Assembly: GCF_000002075.1 (NCBI RefSeq)
Contig: NW_004798074.1
Span: forward strand, 84,598 to 148,597
Direction: 5' to 3'
Length of the DNA: 64,000 bases
Origin: Aplysia californica
Taxonomy: Eukaryota
This document shows positions 63,101-64,000 of this stretch, one piece after another (position 1 is the stretch's first letter; every line of letters begins with the position of its first letter). Below the pieces are notes generated by a model. That model saw nothing but the letters and a program-made list of their open reading frames with translations. It searched no databases and was not told the DNA's origin. The translations under genes were made by a program, and so were the position numbers.

Positions 63101-64000
63101 CAGCCAGGAGAGTGACTGTAACGGACTTCTCGGGCCAGGCACAGAATTGCGTCAGGTGACCGGAACGGATTGTTCTCACCGGTGCATTATTGCGCCAGGT
63201 GACCGCAAAGTGTTAATATCATTTTGAAGCATGCTTGTACGACGCTTGTATATGTTACTTTTGTCTTAATCTGTTTCCCTGCCATACGTCACAGACAATT
63301 CCTCTCACGTGTCGATAGGCAATTTATAAATCTGCATCAAAACAGCACTACTTCCAGCAGTTGAACAGTACCATTCTCAACAGTTTATGTTCTCACTAAC
63401 TGTATAGTAAAAAAATAGCTGCAGCTATCATTGTCGATTCTAGGGTGGTATTTTTGTACTTAGAAAGCAGCCTGTTATTGTCGTTTCGATGTTCTGATGT
63501 CGTCTGTGTGTATGTTCCACCTGCATACTTGGGAATCATGTTTTCATGGAAATGCAGACATATTGAACATACTTACAGACAATGACACAACAGTTATATG
63601 TCTATCCTTGATCTGGGGATATGGCAACCAGAAACAAAAGACAGAGAGAAAAGAAGCAGGACCTACCACTGCATATCTGTTGATTGCCTGTATTGGTGTG
63701 ACATTGTGTATTATAGAATGAAGATTGCCTGCTTTTGTATGACACTGTATACTAAAGCATGTTGATCGTCGGTACTGGTTTGAGATTGTGTCTCAGAGCA
63801 TGGTAATTTTGTCAGTATTGCTGAGATACTGTTAATTATTTACTTATTCACCTGTATGTGAGTTCCACTTTGATCTCAGGCAGGTTCTCGTTCAGCGCTT
63901 CCACCCCCAGCAGGTACTGATGTTCCAGAGCTTTGTACAGCTGCCTGTCCCAGTGGGCCTTCCAGGGGGTCATGTTCTCACTGGCGAAACCCTGCTGGAC
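28057..64000 (-). CDS. DYNC2H1: Cytoplasmic dynein 2 heavy chain 1, partial multi-exon gene (29 exons visible; 5' part beyond window end, 3' part missing past gap at 27807)
   Basis: Spliced exons give dynein-2-type peptides ([38 protein letters not shown]1, [21 protein letters not shown]2, [11 protein letters not shown]3). All junctions are GT-AG with consistent phases. Confidence 0.97.
28390..28951 (+). mobile_element. 5'-truncated RTE LINE with (GAT)n tail in a dynein intron
   Basis: [20 protein letters not shown]...[15 protein letters not shown]; [13 protein letters not shown]; internal ~34-bp tandem duplication at 28607-28673. Confidence 0.85.
30465..31313. mobile_element. Kolobok-type non-autonomous DNA element (849 bp)
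   Basis: TTAA|GGGGTCTTGC...GCAAGATCCC|TTAA; RR...YY termini with TTAA TSD. Confidence 0.7.
33060..33158 (-). CDS. DYNC2H1: DYNC2H1 exon: [33 protein letters not shown]
   Basis: Manual translation; 99 nt, phase 0-0. Confidence 0.92.
33941..34096 (-). CDS. DYNC2H1: DYNC2H1 exon: [20 protein letters not shown]...[17 protein letters not shown]
   Basis: 3' end of ORF 33929-34330; phase 0-0. Confidence 0.94.
34340..34580. repeat. Degenerate minisatellite (ATTCATCAACTA core)
   Basis: 5-6 related units. Confidence 0.6.
35809..38441 (-). pseudogene. Sola1 DDD transposase, broken by frameshifts, stops and a SINE
   Basis: Fragment ORFs 38259-38546, 38002-38232, 37437-37877, 36775-37209, 35809-36378 are collinear on the minus strand. 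Confidence 0.82.
36572..36877 (+). mobile_element. tRNA-derived SINE with L2-type tail, inserted in the Sola1 transposase
   Basis: A box GGCCAAGTGG, B box GGTTCGAATCC, core CACCCAGGTGGAAATGGGTACC, tail TGTAAAGTG...(ATT)n. Confidence 0.8.
40031..40160 (-). CDS. DYNC2H1: DYNC2H1 exon: [15 protein letters not shown]...GMQWVRKQ
   Basis: Within ORF 39995-40243. Confidence 0.93.
40503..40710 (-). CDS. DYNC2H1: DYNC2H1 exon: [30 protein letters not shown]...[14 protein letters not shown]
   Basis: ORF 40499-40693 extended to the AACAG acceptor. Confidence 0.96.
41251..41338 (-). CDS. DYNC2H1: DYNC2H1 exon: [29 protein letters not shown]
   Basis: Within ORF 41171-41461. Confidence 0.95.
41450..41597. 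mobile_element. Small palindromic MITE with about 48-bp imperfect inverted arms
   Basis: TGCACGCTGCAATTAGGATG...GGGGCTAGCCAG vs CTGGCTGGCCCC...TTGCAGTGTGCA. Confidence 0.6.
42169..42345 (-). CDS. DYNC2H1: DYNC2H1 exon with AAA2 Walker A (GPSGSGKT)
   Basis: Within ORF 42145-42345. Confidence 0.96.
42645..42859 (-). CDS. DYNC2H1: DYNC2H1 exon: [25 protein letters not shown]...NENQ
   Basis: Within ORF 42381-42875. Confidence 0.94.
43384..43490 (-). CDS. DYNC2H1: DYNC2H1 exon: [24 protein letters not shown]...
   Basis: Manual translation; conserved HYDWGLRA motif. Confidence 0.95.
43888..44111 (-). CDS. DYNC2H1: DYNC2H1 exon: [39 protein letters not shown]...
   Basis: ORF 43884-44111; AAA1 sensor region. 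Confidence 0.96.
44655..45410. repeat. About 58-60-bp minisatellite of the exon 45397 donor junction (5 echo copies)
   Basis: CACACTCCACTCACATTTCTCTCCAG repeated. Confidence 0.88.
44896..45294 (+). mobile_element. Retroposon insertion (about 400 bp) with a 14-bp TSD
   Basis: AAGACATAGACCAC at 44882-44895 and 45295-45308; ends in the shared tail plus (AAAC)n. Confidence 0.8.
45397..45579 (-). CDS. DYNC2H1: DYNC2H1 exon with AAA1 Walker B ([10 protein letters not shown])
   Basis: Within ORF 45280-45681; 183 nt, phase 0-0. Confidence 0.96.
46090..46540 (+). mobile_element. Rex1/Babar LINE 3' fragment
   Basis: [22 protein letters not shown]...[11 protein letters not shown]; second copy of the 23363 element. 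Confidence 0.75.
47050..47168 (-). CDS. DYNC2H1: DYNC2H1 exon with AAA1 Walker A (GPAGTGKT)
   Basis: [39 protein letters not shown]; AAAG acceptor. Confidence 0.96.
47656..47912. mobile_element. piggyBac-type MITE (257 bp)
   Basis: Perfect 13-bp TIR CTCTTTAACCATG with TTAA on both sides. Confidence 0.78.
48531..48670 (-). CDS. DYNC2H1: DYNC2H1 exon: YYVRRDG...[29 protein letters not shown]
   Basis: 3' end of ORF 48523-49020. Confidence 0.95.
48745..49100. repeat. Degenerate ATAACACATTGACACA-type minisatellite
   Basis: Visible 15-17-bp periodicity. Confidence 0.75.
49203..49560 (+). repeat. (TG)n and degenerate TG/CA-rich tract
   Basis: Direct reading. Confidence 0.9.
49603..49723 (-). CDS. 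DYNC2H1: DYNC2H1 exon: [19 protein letters not shown]...DWQWQKQL
   Basis: Within ORF 49599-49787. Confidence 0.94.
49763..49960. mobile_element. hAT (Charlie-like) MITE
   Basis: CAGGGCTTGTCAACCT...AGGTTGGCATGCACTG termini; 8-bp flanks match only 5/8. Confidence 0.55.
50382..50535 (-). CDS. DYNC2H1: DYNC2H1 exon: [19 protein letters not shown]...GGGGSTEAN
   Basis: Manual translation; TAG acceptor, G|GTGAGA donor. Confidence 0.93.
51033..51132 (+). repeat. (CA)n microsatellite
   Basis: Direct reading. Confidence 0.95.
51153..51272 (-). CDS. DYNC2H1: DYNC2H1 exon: [18 protein letters not shown]...DPNKYPSQ
   Basis: Manual translation; 120 nt, phase 0-0. Confidence 0.93.
51838..51983 (-). CDS. 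DYNC2H1: DYNC2H1 exon: [17 protein letters not shown]...ITPDVE
   Basis: Within ORF 51745-51984. Confidence 0.94.
52642..52726 (-). CDS. DYNC2H1: DYNC2H1 exon: [28 protein letters not shown]
   Basis: Manual translation; conserved FPRFYF linker motif. Confidence 0.95.
53110..53282 (+). mobile_element. Degenerate tRNA-SINE; related copies at ~6495-6650, 14020-14140, 45910-46080
   Basis: B box GAGTTCGATTCC; GGTTGRCCCTGATAGG...AAGCAGCC segment shared with the 14020 copy. Confidence 0.5.
53378..53510 (-). CDS. DYNC2H1: DYNC2H1 exon: [12 protein letters not shown]...[16 protein letters not shown]
   Basis: Within ORF 53366-53566. Confidence 0.94.
54127..54350 (-). CDS. DYNC2H1: DYNC2H1 exon (linker): [17 protein letters not shown]...[17 protein letters not shown]...DDF
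   Basis: Within ORF 54105-54386. Confidence 0.95.
54984..55142 (-). CDS. DYNC2H1: DYNC2H1 exon: [23 protein letters not shown]...[10 protein letters not shown]
   Basis: Manual translation; 159 nt, phase 0-0. Confidence 0.93.
56525..56636 (-). CDS. DYNC2H1: DYNC2H1 exon: [18 protein letters not shown]...[13 protein letters not shown]
   Basis: Manual translation; ACAG acceptor, AAG|GTGAGG donor. Confidence 0.92.
57580..57735 (-). CDS. DYNC2H1: DYNC2H1 exon: [13 protein letters not shown]...[23 protein letters not shown]
   Basis: Overlaps ORF 57108-57695; phase 2-2. Confidence 0.92.
58525..58727 (-). CDS. DYNC2H1: DYNC2H1 exon: [15 protein letters not shown]...ETMKKL
   Basis: Within ORF 58521-58826; CAG acceptor, GTGAGT donor. 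Confidence 0.92.
59462..59611 (-). CDS. DYNC2H1: DYNC2H1 exon: [22 protein letters not shown]...[19 protein letters not shown]
   Basis: Manual translation; 150 nt, phase 0-0. Confidence 0.92.
60482..60725 (-). CDS. DYNC2H1: DYNC2H1 exon: [30 protein letters not shown]...ATKKT
   Basis: Overlaps ORF 60326-60685; splice phases fit neighbouring exons. Confidence 0.92.
60840..61080. repeat. Degenerate about 28-bp minisatellite
   Basis: GTATTCTRTAATAACA.CTAGG.CAA-like units. Confidence 0.65.
61207..61334 (-). CDS. DYNC2H1: DYNC2H1 exon: [14 protein letters not shown]...[20 protein letters not shown]
   Basis: Manual translation; TAG acceptor, AG|GTAAC donor. Confidence 0.92.
62460..62688 (-). CDS. 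DYNC2H1: DYNC2H1 exon: [18 protein letters not shown]...SVEEQFK
   Basis: Within ORF 62424-62879; TTCAG acceptor, AAG|GTGAGT donor. Confidence 0.93.
63852..64000 (-). CDS. DYNC2H1: DYNC2H1 exon (runs off window): [49 protein letters not shown]
   Basis: Manual translation; donor AG|GTGAAT, phase 2. Confidence 0.93.

Noticed and set aside
63117-63292. Solo LTR (TGTAACG...CGTCACA)
   Set aside because: Short, with no matching 4-6-bp TSD and no second copy or internal ORF.

Overview
Repeat-rich animal genomic DNA with GT-AG introns and many N-gaps; a gastropod mollusc is inferred from the GPCR type and repeat content but not proven. The right 36 kb (28057-64000, minus strand) carries 29 phase-consistent exons of cytoplasmic dynein-2 heavy chain (DYNC2H1), from the tail through the linker, AAA1, AAA2 and the AAA3 P-loop. 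One exon is probably hidden in an 831-N gap, and the gene stops at a 100-N scaffold gap (27807-27906). The left part holds a two-exon divergent rhodopsin-class chemoreceptor-like GPCR (5106-7058, minus) with four tandem perfect EGR sites upstream. Mobile elements include a full-length decayed Sola1 transposon in a dynein intron, a piggyBac fossil, a Tc1/mariner nested in an RTE LINE, Rex1/Babar and RTE fragments, tRNA-SINEs, Kolobok/piggyBac/hAT MITEs and a Crypton-like element with a bubbled hairpin. The most unusual signal is that about 11 dynein splice junctions have seeded degenerate tandem 'echo' copies of themselves in the adjacent intron. There is also a candidate in-frame 21-nt microexon. 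Family assignments come from recalled motifs; no database search was run.
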